From positions 3,224,001 to 3,288,000 of the forward strand of contig NC_089434.1 of the NCBI RefSeq assembly GCF_026210795.1: a stretch of 64,000 nt of DNA, read 5' to 3'. Source of the stretch: Rhizophagus irregularis. Its lineage: Eukaryota. This document shows, piece after piece, positions 43,392 through 56,081 of the stretch; the first letter of the stretch is position 1; each line of letters opens with the position of its first letter. Made by a program: the position numbers and the translations under genes. A model generated the notes under the pieces. It was not told the DNA's origin. It did no database searches and was given only the letters and a program-made list of their open reading frames with translations.

Positions 43392-44944
43392 TAGTAATAA
43401 ATTTTATAACCTTATAATTACAAGTTACATTTTAAAATCCTGTTTAATTTTACCATATACTTAATAGTTACATAAAAAAAATTTACCATGGAATTACATT
43501 TACTTTTTTTAATTTATAAAGAATTTTACCTTATGAATTCAACCAGTTTTTTTGACTTTTTTATGTAATTTTTACCTTAGGCTTGTGGGTGATCTCTATT
43601 AGAAGTAAGCGGGGTCCTATACTTACATTGCAATCAGTAAGAAAATAATTAAAAAGTAAGATTTTGTGGTTCCATAATTCCATTTATTAATTTTTAATTT
43701 TTTTTTTTAGGCTATACTGCAGAAGACAGTTCTTTTTATACATCATTACATGCAGAATTTATTCTACTAGACCGAGAAGGTATACAAATGGAAACAACAA
43801 CACCAAATAATAATTTAACTATCAAGCATAGATTTGTAAACTCTTCCTTAATAATTTGTTATAATTTACAAACTTATTCAAACACACCATTTTGTAGGAA
43901 ATCGAATAAAAATGTTGAGGATGATATTATCACATTTATCAATTTTTTAGAAGAAATCAAGGAAGACTATTCAAACAGATACGCACAATTACGTACTGCA
44001 TTAAACAAATTTGCAAAACATTATAAAGCAGCAAAATTAAAATCTATTCTGCAGTTAGTGTCCTTTCTTTATAATATTAATCGCAAGTTGAACTCAGCAG
44101 TTAATATCAAAAGTGGATCTATGATTCGCGTGCAAGTTGAATCTGTAAAATGATGAAAAACAGAAGGGTCAGAATGTAAGCGAAAACTATTTCCCATTAC
44201 CAATAATAAGGAAAATCTAGAAAATTCTGATTCTCAGATTATTCCTAGTTGAAAAACAAAGAAAATTGGCAAAAAGGAACATAATTTGAGCAAGAATGTA
44301 TTAAAAAATCAGCTGAATTGAAACAAGGTATTATTACAATAGAATTCATCACTTTATAATGCATTTTTTTTAAATATTAATAATAATTACATTTTTATAT
44401 GTTATAGTATTTGTTTTTTATCAATTATAATGATTTATACATCTTTTAATTAAAATATTTTTAATAAATAAATTTACAATGAATAGTGTTATTAATTATT
44501 ATATTTTATTATTTAAAAAAAAACAATTTTTGAAAATTTATCAAATTTGTTTATCAGTGCGGAAATGATTAATAAATCACATGATTGTGGCTATGGTGCT
44601 ACAGCCACGTCACCAACCTGGCACACAGCATATCTTTTTTATGTGTCAGATTGGTGGCATAGCTGTGTCGCAAGCCACCACATCACAGCCATTTTACGTG
44701 ATAAGTTATTATTAATAATCGCGTTTATATTGCACAATCAAATTTGATGATAAATATATCTCGCCAATATTATTTTCCATCTTTTTTTCCTACTTTGCTT
44801 CAAAAACGAAAGTGAAAAAAATAATTTTCCATATTTTTTTTGTTTAACTTTCAAAAAAAAACAATAAAAGAGAATAAAATTAATATAGATTTTTTTGTTT
44901 TAATAAAAATAATTGTTATCTCAAGTCGTGTATTATTAAACAGT

Positions 44945-47900
44945 ATGGAAAGTGTAGGAGAGGTAGAAAATATTAGTTAAACTAAATAAATATCATCGAT
45001 CTTTTGTATCATATTTATTTATTAAATTTGTTATATTAAAATTTATTTATTTATCATTAACGAAATATAATAAAAATTTATGTTATTGTTATCCTTTTAT
45101 TTTAGATTTTTCATTGGAATTCTTTAAATGATCCTTTAAAATTAGTTCTTCCTCCAGGATACACATATTTAATCGAAAGTTTTGATGAATTACCTTTCTA
45201 TCAAACATCTGAAAATTTTTCAATCTCACAATTTGAACTGAAGACATTTGTAGATGTCAATGATAAAGAAAGAGTACACGAATAGTTTCAAGCATTTGAA
45301 TCACATTTAAAAATAACAATGGTACAAACTAAGAGGTACAGCATAAAGGGAAAAAAGGTTCTTGTTCAGAAGAAACGATATTGCATTCATAGCAATAAAG
45401 TTAAAAAAAGCAAGGTAATCATGAAACCAAGCATACACAATCATCCCATGCATGAAACATTCAGTATTGATTTTTGTTTAGAGAATTGGCATATCGAATC
45501 ATCTAACCATCCATTAGAAGTTGACATTAAATTTATACACAATCATATGATAAACTTAGCAGAGTCATTAAGCTTTCATCGTTTTAAAGGAGAAGTAAAG
45601 GAACAATTCCTAGAGTTATTTAGGAATGGACATTCTCCAGTCTTGGCAATATACTCTTATGAAGATAAACTACATATATCAGCAGAAAATGGTTAAAAAT
45701 TATTAGAAATGCTTGCAGATCGAGCAATTAACCCAGACTATGGTTATATTGTTAGGCTTTTTCAAGAATACCGTGATAATATGCTTGGTAGTCGCAATGG
45801 TAGTAAGATGTTTGAACGTTTAGCAGAAGTGATTGGGAAGTACAACAACTCAGGTAATGGCAGAGCAATTATGCAGGAGTATGATAAGCAAGCTGGAAAG
45901 GCGTTTATTCACTGTGTTGTAACTGGTTTAATGTATCGTGTTCATGAAAAAATCCTACAAGCTGGTAAACTTTGCTATATAAATGCTTCTGCCTCATTTG
46001 AACCCTTAAATACCTCAATTACGCTTTTGTATACAAGTTGTGCAGCTGGTGCACTTCCGCTTGGAATATTAATCACATCAGATGAATCATAAGTAACCTT
46101 AGAAAAGACGGTAATTATTCTCCTAACTTATAAGTTATTTTTATGAGTCTATTTGTAATTGTAATGTTCTAATAAAATGAAATTTATCTTTAATACATTT
46201 AGTTGAATTTATTAAAGACAATTCTTCCTTCATATTCTTTTTATGGACGTGAACCTGAAGTTGGACTTACAGTATTCCTTACAGATGACTCAAATGCAGA
46301 ACAGAATGCTCTAAATCTCTGTTGGCCGCAGGCAATCCGTCTTTTGTGCACATTTCACATACTACAAGCGTTTTGGAGATGGTTATATGATTTAAAACAT
46401 CATATAAATAAAGAGGATCGGACGCCTATTATTAAGATAATGAAAAAAATTGTTTATGCGTCAACAGAGTTGGATATGAATAAGTATTATCAAGAATTTA
46501 AACAAGAATTTTATCACTCATACCCTCAGCTACAAAATCATCTTGATCTTTTATGAAAACGACGTCAATTTTGGGCCTTATCCTTTCGTTCAGTATTGCC
46601 AATACGCGGTAATAATACAAATAACTATATTGAACACTAAAGCTCTGAACGGGTCAGTTTGGTCCGGATTATAGATGGTTCGAATTAGAGCTGAAATCTG
46701 TAAGAACTGAACCGAAAAACTGGCGGTTCAGTTCGGTTTAATCTGATTTTTATAAAAATGTGAAAAATTGAATAGCCGGCCATCTAGTGATCGTATAAAG
46801 TTGAGCCATATATTATTGGATTCGTCTCAATGAGACGCGTCGAATGGTGGTAAGATAATGTCTCTAGCATCGATAGATCACATGTTAACCCACGCTAAAT
46901 GATTTATCAATAATTGGAATTAGCAAGCTATCTATTGGTACTAAAGACATGATCTTAGCATCATTCGACGCGTCTCAATGAGACGAATCTAATGAATATA
47001 AATTCGTTCATGTAAGACCACTAGAAGGCGAATAATATCAAGTTTCGCATTTTTTTAAAAAATTTCGAGCGTTAAAAATTAAAAATTCCAATACATGAAT
47101 TTATTTGTCATCCAATAGTCGTACAAAAATGAATTAGGACTCATTGGATTCTTCTCGATGAGACGAGTCGAATGGTGGTGAGATCATGTCTATAGCATTA
47201 ATAGATCGTAAGTTAATTCACGCTAAATAATTTATAAAAAATTGGCATTAGCAAGCTATCTATCAATGCTAGAGACGTGATCTTACCACCATTCGACTCG
47301 TCTCATCGAGACAAATCCAATGAGTCCTAATTAATATTTGTACGACCATTGGACGATGAATAAATTCATGTATCAGAATTTTTAATTTTTAACGTTCAAA
47401 AATTTTAAAAAAATGCGAAACTTGATATTATTCGCCATCCAGTGATCGTACACGAATGAATTTATATTCATTGGATTCATCTCACTAAGACGCGTCGAAT
47501 GGTGCTAAGATCATATCTCTAGCACCAATAGATAGCTTGCTAATTCCAATTATTGATAAATCATTTAGCGCAGGTTAACATGTGATCTATCGATGCTAGA
47601 GACATTATCTTACTACCATTCGACGCGTCTCGTCGAGAGGAATCCAATGATATATGGCTCGACTTTGTACAATTACTAGATAGTCGGCTATTTGATTTTT
47701 TGCATTTTTATAAAAAATCAGATTAAACTGAACTGAACTGCTAGTTTTTCGGTTCTAATACCCGAACTGAACCGAACCGAATTTTGAGCCAGTTTCAGAT
47801 CAGTTCTCCGGTTTAGCCTGAACCATTTGGAGCTTTATTGAACACAGCTTCCGCATATTAAAGGATATTATCTTTGCAAGGACCCAGACGTTTAATTCAG

Positions 47901-48994
47901 TTCAAGTCTTTCATTTTGTGACAGAAAATATGGATCGTTTCTATAAATTTAGACTGCTTGGGATTACGCACAAACATCCTGGACATACAATTGCAAAAAG
48001 ATTTTTTTGTCCAGGTTGGGAGATGGTGGATGAGAGTTTAATTCAGCAAACTACCATTAAGAATGAGTATTTAGTTCCAAGTACAAGAGAATTGGGTGTT
48101 TTTTATGTTGTCAACAGTATCATTGGAACTTGTAGCTGTCCTGTTAAAATAACAGGCGCACCTTGCAAGCATCAAGGAGCTGTTTCTGTAAAATTTTACA
48201 TCACGAATTTTAATTTTTTACCATCATTAACTCCTAATGATCGTATGGTCTACAGTTATATTGCAGTTGGTAAATAGTTTTCATTGCAATATTGATTGCA
48301 ATATTACTATTGATAATTTTTTTATTTTTTAGGTTTTATTGCAGAGAATAGTTCTTTTTATGCTTCGTTGCAAGCAGGATCTCCTTCGCAAGTTCAGATT
48401 CACACAGAACCTTCTTCAAAAGTTCAGGTTCTACATACAGAATTGCAAGTTGAAAAGCATAATGAAATAGATGAAGGATTGATGATTTCTTCAACTACTG
48501 AATGGAGGTAAATGCCGTTTCTTAACTGCAAGATTAAACTAACTCCTTGACTGATTACTGAAATATTTATTAGAGAACTAAATGAAAATAATGAGGATGA
48601 AATTGATAAATCTGCTTTGGTTACTTTTTTGGAAGAAATTAAAGTGGATTATGAGAATTATGGCCCACAGTTTCGTACTGCATTTGATAAATTTGCCAAG
48701 CGATACCATGCATCAAAATCACAATCTATTCCTTGGCTATGTTCTTTTCTATATGATATTAATCGTAATGTAGATCCAACACGAGTTAAAAGTGGTTCAA
48801 TGATTTGCGTTCAGGTAGAGTCTGTCAAACGGCGCAAAAGTGAAAGATCAAATGGCACTAGGCAAAAATCATCAGCTATTGTAGAGGGTGAGAAAGAGAA
48901 TTCAGATCCTTAAACTATTCCAAGTAGGAAAAAACGGAAAGGTAAAAAAGAGCATAATTTAAGCAAGAACATTCTTAGAAACCAGTTAAATTGA
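44945..48994 (+). pseudogene. MULE DDE transposase + SWIM zinc finger of element B (disrupted)
   Basis: LCYINASASFE, FLTDDSNAEQNAL, LCTFH (CxxH), TNNYIE, CSCP..GAPCKH; introns, stops and a 1.2-kb insertion. Confidence 0.85.
46638..47837. mobile_element. hAT-like non-autonomous foldback element (1200 bp)
   Basis: TAAAGCTC ... GAGCTTTA ends; 8-bp TSD TTGAACAC; interior is a long palindrome of alternating repeats. Confidence 0.88.
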
Positions 48995-49035
48995 CTTCCA
49001 TTTTATTCAAGAGAATGATGTTTTAAAAGTATTTG

Positions 49036-50469
49036 GAGTGTTCACCCTATAAAAAAAGTCTGTGTGATTTTTGTTGAAAAATCATTCAATTAAATTCACT
49101 ACGATTTCTGTATATTTGACCATACAATAATTGTGCTAAAAATTGCAATAAATCACACAATTATTGCATGGTAATTCATTCAATAATTATCCTATTATTG
49201 ACCTGAATTTATACAATTATTGTGTGATTTCTGAGCCAAATTTTAGGCCATATTTTAGGAATTATAGGTTAAATTTTACAGTAATAACAGGCAATTTATA
49301 AAGTGAAATTATGAATTTTTATTGACTTAAAATATAAAAAATATACACAATATTTCATAAATAAAATACATACTAAATTTGATATAATCATAAATATAAA
49401 AATTTGTAAGAAAATAAAATAAAGTATGTTAATAACATGAAAGTAAATTAGTAGTATCAAAGAAGAAAGTAAATTATTAGTGTAAGTAAATTATTAGTAT
49501 TAAATAAATAAAAAAGTATGAAGTTAGTGAAGAAAGCAAATTAGTAGTGTTAAAAAGTAAATTATTAGTGTTAGTAATAAAAAAGTATGAAGTTAGTGAA
49601 GAAAGCAAATTAGTGTGTTAAAAAGTAAATTATTAGTGTTAGTAATAAAAAAAAAGTATGAAGTTAGTGAAGAAAGCAAGTTAGTAACATTAAAATGTAA
49701 AAAGTTAAGAAAATAAAAAGATAAAGAACACAAGTTTTTTTTACCTGATATTTTAAAAGAAAGTTGGAGAAAAGTTAAAAGGTTAAAAAAACATAAACAA
49801 AAACATTTCGCGTCATCATATTTATTTTGACGATCAGATCACGTGATCAACATATATAATTTAAGAGTTAATTTTTACCGCATAATTCTGGCCAAATTAT
49901 AATTCCAGTCAGAACTAATTGTGTAACCTAATAAAAAGTTTTTGACTTTTTTTTAGTTACAAGATGATACAAAAATTTCACCAATGGGTCTGAAAGATGC
50001 CCGTTTATAAGCAAATATGCAGTTGAAATTTGTGTAACCTTACTGCATAAATCACTTTACTTAGGAAAATCTATTTGTAATGGTTAAAAGTGGTCTATTT
50101 GACCCTAAAAGTGGTCAAATGTAACCATACAGGTAAGATGGAAAGTAGTATAGTAGGATTACTCAAAAATTGCTTTCTGTATCCTAAATTTAAGTCTATT
50201 TTCAAGTTGTACAATAATCACAATTTTTATTGTACAAAAATTGAATGTTTTCTGTATCCTAAATTTAAGTTGTATAAAGATCACACAAAAATTGAACATT
50301 TTCTATATTCTAAATTTAAGTTGTACAAAAATTGCATACTTTTAATATGCTTTGAAAAACTTCATAGCTATTTTTATCCAAAAATCTGCAATAATTGTAC
50401 AATTTCCACACGGACTTGAACAAATATCGTACAAAAATTGGATGATTTTTTTTCATAGGGTCAACATTA
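49036..50469. mobile_element. TIR-bounded non-coding insertion with internal tandem repeats
   Basis: GTGTTCACCCTATAAAAAAAGTC / GATTTTTTTTCATAGGGTCAACAT inverted ends; ~70-bp repeats at 49510-49685 and further repeats at 50165-50335; no TSD recovered. Confidence 0.55.
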
Positions 50470-51141
50470 AAACTTTCACACTTTATCAACTTTATAACGT
50501 ACATATACACAATTATTACAATAATAAACAATTAACAATAACAATTATACACTTTTTTATTGTTAAAAATACTTTTAAAATTTTATCATTTATTAAAAAT
50601 AGTTAAACTTTATTTAATTTGACACTTCTAAACGATTTATAGTTAAATCTATTTCCAGTCGGCTAATTTGAATAATCTTTAAATTCTATTGTTAATAACT
50701 TATCACGTGAAATGGCTGTGACGTGGTGGCTTGCGGCGCAGCTACGCCACCAACCTGGCACACAAAAAAGATATGCTGGCACACAATACGGACGTGCTGT
50801 TTGATAATTGCACGTCTGAAATGTGTGTCAGGTTGATAGCGCATGCGCGGCATCACAGCCACTGATCACGTGATACATACAATCAGAAAATTCACGTCGC
50901 ACTGATAAACATCTCTCCTTATCACGCTAATTTTTTTTGCTTTTTCTCCCACACTCTCTTTCGAACAAAAAAAAAAATTTTTTTATTTTTTACTTCGGAA
51001 GTGTAATAGCCAATAGGTCTACCTTTCAACACTTTTGTTTTGGTAAGTTGCCTAATGGCAAAATTTATTACAAAGAAATTAAGTTACACAGCTCAAGTTG
51101 TGATTCGTTAAACCACAGTAAATACATAACTGATAAACAGT

Positions 51142-54100
51142 ATGGACATCGAATCACAAAATAGCTCACAAGTAAGTCAATTTTGCATATTTTTCTTTCA
51201 TATTATCGAGCTTTTTTTGTTTTGAGTACATTCTATATAATATACATATGAAATATAAGTTAAAAATGAGAAAAAAAAACGAGTTTTTGATTAAATAGGT
51301 ATATCGTTGCATTTTTAATTATAGAGTTTATTTGATATTGAGTTTTATTAGAATTTATTTAGTTTAACTTTATTTTATGAGAATAATATATTAATATAGA
51401 ATGTTAATTCTAATTTTATAATTAGTTCGTTATTTAATTTATTATGTATAATAATAATTTATTATGTAGCATTGTATCATTTTTCTCGTTATTATTATTC
51501 TAAATTAATTGGTATTTTTTGTCTATTTTATTGATTATATGTAAAATAAATTTTATTTCAGCATTATTTTATTAAATAGAACCAAATTTTTCTTTATTTA
51601 TCATTATCGTTTGTCATTTTCATAATTTAATTTTAAATTTTCGTATTTATTTAGTTCTTTTCATGGGATTCCCTTCCCGAACAATTAAAATCAATCCTCC
51701 CTCTGCGTCACTCATATTTAATCAAAAATTTTAATGTTTTATCACCATTTCAAACTACTAAGAATTTTGAGATTCCACAATTTGAACTGGACGCATTCGT
51801 AGATATTGACGATAAAGAAAAAGCACGCAAATGGTTTTTGTCATTTGAATCTAAGTCAAAAACGACAATGCCAGAATTTAGGCATTATGAAATTAAAGGA
51901 AAGAAGGTTCTTTTTCGCGAGAAAAGACATTGTATTCACAGTAAATTAGTGAAGGAGAAACAAGGGAATCGTGAATTAAAACGCTTACAATCATCCCAGT
52001 TACAAAATACAAATTGCGCTGCTACTATTCACCTTCGGCTAAAGTTTTGTAATATTGAATTAAGCCATCCTTTGGAAGTTAACTTACGATTCACTCATAA
52101 TCATGTTGTTAATTCTGCAGAATCGTTAAGCTTTTGACGTGTCAATAGGGAAATTTGTGGAAAATTTTTAGAACTTTTCAAGGATGGTCATTCTCCCGCA
52201 TCGGCAATGTATGATTATGAAGATACACTTTATCTTAGCGCAATGGATGAGCAGGAACTTTTAGTATTACTTGCAGACTGGATGACTAATCCAAATTACG
52301 ACTACATTGCTAAGCTTTTTCATAAATATTGTGAAATGGCACTTGGAGATCGCAACGGTACTTCAATGTTTAAACGTCTAGAAGAAGTCGTAAATGATTA
52401 TAATAACTCAGGCCATGGAAAAGCGATATTGCAAGAATATGATTCACGCATGGGAAAGGCGTTTATTCTATGCGTCGTGACTAATTTAATGAATCAAGTA
52501 CATGAAAGAGTTTTACAATCTGGTGAATTATGTTATATGGATGCTTCGGCATCATTTGAACTTTTGAATACATCTATCACTCTTCTTTATACAAGCTGCA
52601 TGGTTGGTGCCCTTCCGCTTGGCTTGTTTATCACTTCAGATGAGTCTGAAATAACGCTAGAAAAGGCATTAAATTTACTTAAAACAATTCTTTCACAACA
52701 TGACTTTTTTGGACGTGGGCCACAAGTCGGTCCAAAAGTTTTTCTTACTGATGATTCGAGTGCTGAACGCAATGCTCTTAAATTATGTTGGCCAGAAGGT
52801 AAGGATTCACTTTGAATTTAATTTCTTATTTAAATTCGTAATGATTTACTGATTTTATTAAATTATTAAATTATTCAACTAAAAATGCCAGGGATCCGTC
52901 TTCTGTGTACCTTTCACATTCTCCAGGTATTCTGGAGATGGCTTTATGACTTGAAGTATCATATTAATAAAGAAGATTGGGGATCTATCATGAAGAAGAT
53001 GAAAGAAATCCTTTATACAACGTCGGGCTCGGAAATGCATACGCATTACTGTGAATTCAAACAAATGTTTTATGGCAGGTATCCTCAACTACGCAAGCAT
53101 TTTGAGATTTTGTGGGAACGCCGTTGTTTTTAGACCCTCTCTTTCCGCTCTGAACTTTATATGCGGGAAAATAACACAAATAATTCCGTTGAAAGAAGTT
53201 TTGGCATACTAAAAGATTTAGTGTTTGCAAGGACGCAAGCATATAACTGCGTTCAAGTTTTTCAGTTTATTACAACAAACATGGAGAGATTTTACATGCT
53301 TCGATTGCTCAGCTTTGCGCATAGACATCTGGGGCATCTTCGGCTTGCAAAACATTTTTTATATCCCGGGTGGGACACCATAAACATGAATGCAATTCAA
53401 AAGAATAGTGTGAAAACTGAATTTTTTGTGCCAAGTGCGCAAAGTTCTAACATTTATGTTGTTAACAGTGAAATTGGAACCTGTACTTGTCCGATTGGTA
53501 TGGCCGGTGCGCCTTATAAGCACTAGGGTGCAGTTTCAGTCAAATTCCATATATCAACATTCAATTTTCTTCCGTCTTTGGCTTCCAATGATCGTATGAT
53601 TTACGCTTATATTGCACTTGGTAAGTAATAACCTGCATTAATAACAATGAATATTTTATTTGTTAAGAAACTTTTTTTTAATTAAAATAAGTAAAAGAAA
53701 AAAAAAGATGACATTATTTTAAATATTTTATTAATTATTTGATTTTTTTTCTTTAGGTTATGTTGCAAAAGATAATTCTTTTTATGCATCATTGCACGCA
53801 GTAACCACTCCACAAGATTTACAAACAAAAGTAGGAACGTCAAATAACAATACAACTATTGAATATGGCATTCTGTCTTATAAGGAATCAAACGAAAATG
53901 TCGAAATTGTTGATATTTCTGCATTCACTGATTTTTTGGAAGAAGTTAGAAGAGACTACCAGGATGGTGGTGCGTAATTGCGTACTGCATTAGATAAATT
54001 TGCGGAGCGCTATAAAGCAGCTAAGCTGAAGTCCATCCCTCGATTAACTTCCTTTCTTTACGATCTAAACCGCGACTTAGATCCAATGGTTAATTTAAGA

Positions 54101-54301
54101 AGTGGTTCTATGATCTGTGTACAAGTTGAATCTGTCAAATGACGCAAAACAGAAGGGTCGGGGTATAAGTGTAAGCTACCTAATATTATTAAAGATAAGG
54201 AAAATTTGGATCTACAAAATATTCCTAGTCGTAAAACAAGGAAAGCCGGTAAAAAGGAGCATAATTTGAGCAAAAACGTATTAAAAAATCAGCCAAATTG
54301 A
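51142..54301 (+). pseudogene. MULE DDE transposase + SWIM of element C (several in-frame stops)
   Basis: LCYMDASASFE, FLTDDSSAERNAL, LCTFH, TNNSVERSF, CTCP..GAPYKH; stops at ~52135, 53131, 53524, 53975, 54140. Confidence 0.88.
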
Positions 54302-54561
54302 AGCAAGGTATTGGTTCATAATATTTATTATGATAGCATACATTTTTAACATTTTTACAAAGCATTCATACTAATTTAAACCATTTTTAATAGCTAAGAT
54401 ATTATTTTTATTTGATAGCGTTTATTTACACAATGGCATTATGTTTTGAAATAATCCTTATAATAAATTAGGTTTTCTAATTCAAAAATTTTAATGAATT
54501 TTTAAATGTTTTATTTAAACGCATTTTATACAATGTTAAGTTTACACATTTTACAATAATA

Positions 54562-55680
54562 CAGTGGACATCAAAAAAAACGCACCAAACTTTTTTAAAA
54601 TTATTAATTGCTCTTATTAAATCAATTTAAATTCAATTAAAATAAAATTTAAAACTTAAATAATATATGGTTTGGCCTACTAAAAAACATAAAATTTAAT
54701 ATTAATTTACTAATTAGTTTTTTAATTACATAACATTAAATCAAAACAACTTGGTGCATTCTTTTTGCCACTTTTTAAAATTTTTAAAAAAATCAAAATT
54801 TTAACAAAATTATATTATGCTTTTATAATAAAAAAATGTAAAATTAATTATTAAATAGCTTAAATTATTAATTAAAATTAAAAAAAGTCAATACTTTTTA
54901 GTAATAAATTGATTAATTTATTTAATGAATATAATTAAAAATTACTATAAAACATATAGATTTTACAGTTTTTATTATAACAGTTTTTCTTAAACTACAT
55001 TAAATCAAAAAATTTTATAGTAAAATAATACCCAAAATTAAATTCTCCTAATTAAGGGGAATTTGCGAAAAAAAAAATGGACCTTTAGATAGGATTTACA
55101 CTATATGTAAAATGAAGATCATTGCCATACTTTAACAAGTAATATCTCACTATCTTGCACTCCATTTTTTTTTTCGCAAATTTCCCTTAATTAGGAGAAT
55201 TTAATTTTGGGTATTATTTTACTATAAAATTTTTTGATTTAATGTAGTTTAAGAAAAACTGTTATAATAAAAACTGTAAAATCTATATGTTTTATAGTAA
55301 TTTTTAATTATATTCATTAAATAAATTAATCAATTTATTACTAAAAAGTATTGACTTTTTTTAATTTTAATTAATAATTTAAGCTATTTAATAATTAATT
55401 TTACATTTTTTTATTATAAAAGCATAATATAATTTTGTGAAAATTTTGATTTTTTTAAAAATTTTAAAAAGTGGCAAAAAGAATGCACCAAGTTGTTTTG
55501 ATTTAATGTTATGTAATTAAAAAACTAATTAGTAAATTAATATTAAATTTTATGTTTTTTAGTAGGCCAAACCATATATTATTTAAGTTTTAAATTTTAT
55601 TTTAATTGAATTTAAATTGATTTAATAAGAGCAATTAATAATTTTAAAAAAGTTTGGTGTGTTTTTTTTGATGTCCACTG
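54562..55680. mobile_element. Tc1/mariner-type foldback element: two 520-bp inverted arms and a 79-bp spacer
   Basis: TA|CAGTGGACATC ... GATGTCCACTG|TA; arms 54562-55081 and 55161-55680 almost perfectly complementary. Confidence 0.92.
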
Positions 55681-56081
55681 TATATATACATTTTTTAAGT
55701 TTTTTATTAATAATAATATAATAATTAATCGAATTTTTTTTAAATAAACACACTTTTACAATAATAATTAAAGTATTTAATTTCAAGCAAAATATTGGAG
55801 AAAAAGCAAAAAAAACTAGCGCGATAAGGAGAGATGTTTATCAGTGTGACGCATGCACCGTCAACCTGACACACATTTCAGACGTGCTTGATAATTCTGT
55901 ACTACATCTTAATTGCATATATATTGAGCAAAAGCATTATAAATCGATACAAAAAAAAATAAATCATTTCTCTCTGAACGCTGAAACCAAAAATACTTTT
56001 ATATCCATAAACTAGCTTTACCTGTAACTGCAGTCAAGTGCATATTTTTTTCGCAAGCACAAATACATACATATAAAAACT

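Larger units (their letters stand above)
37162..43617. mobile_element. Non-autonomous Mutator-like element (~1 kb of own sequence) swollen by three nested insertions
   Basis: 28-bp TIR GGATCCCGCTTACTTCTAATAGAGATCA (27/28); 10-bp TSD TATGCTTACA / TATACTTACA; excision restores IIYAYIA of element A. Confidence 0.85.
44628..50776 (+). mobile_element. MULE-SWIM element B, inserted inside the right TIR of element A
   Basis: ~85-bp TIR starting GCATATCTTTTTT; 9-bp TSD TGGCACACA at 44619-44627 and 50777-50785. Confidence 0.88.
36383..50797 (+). mobile_element. MULE-SWIM element A: 5'-truncated, with multiple nested insertions
   Basis: C-terminal coding relic 36383-44321 (AKRFLC.GWD, CTC..TGAPCKHQG, IKSGSMIRVQVESVK, KKEHNLSKN); right TIR reconstitutes as ...CCAACCTGGCACACAATACGGACGTGC after removing element B. 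Confidence 0.75.
50810..55887 (+). mobile_element. MULE-SWIM element C, full-length (5.08 kb)
   Basis: Perfect 27-bp TIR GCACGTCTGAAATGTGTGTCAGGTTGA plus subterminal inverted repeat; 9-bp TSD TTGATAATT at 50801-50809 and 55888-55896. Confidence 0.92.
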
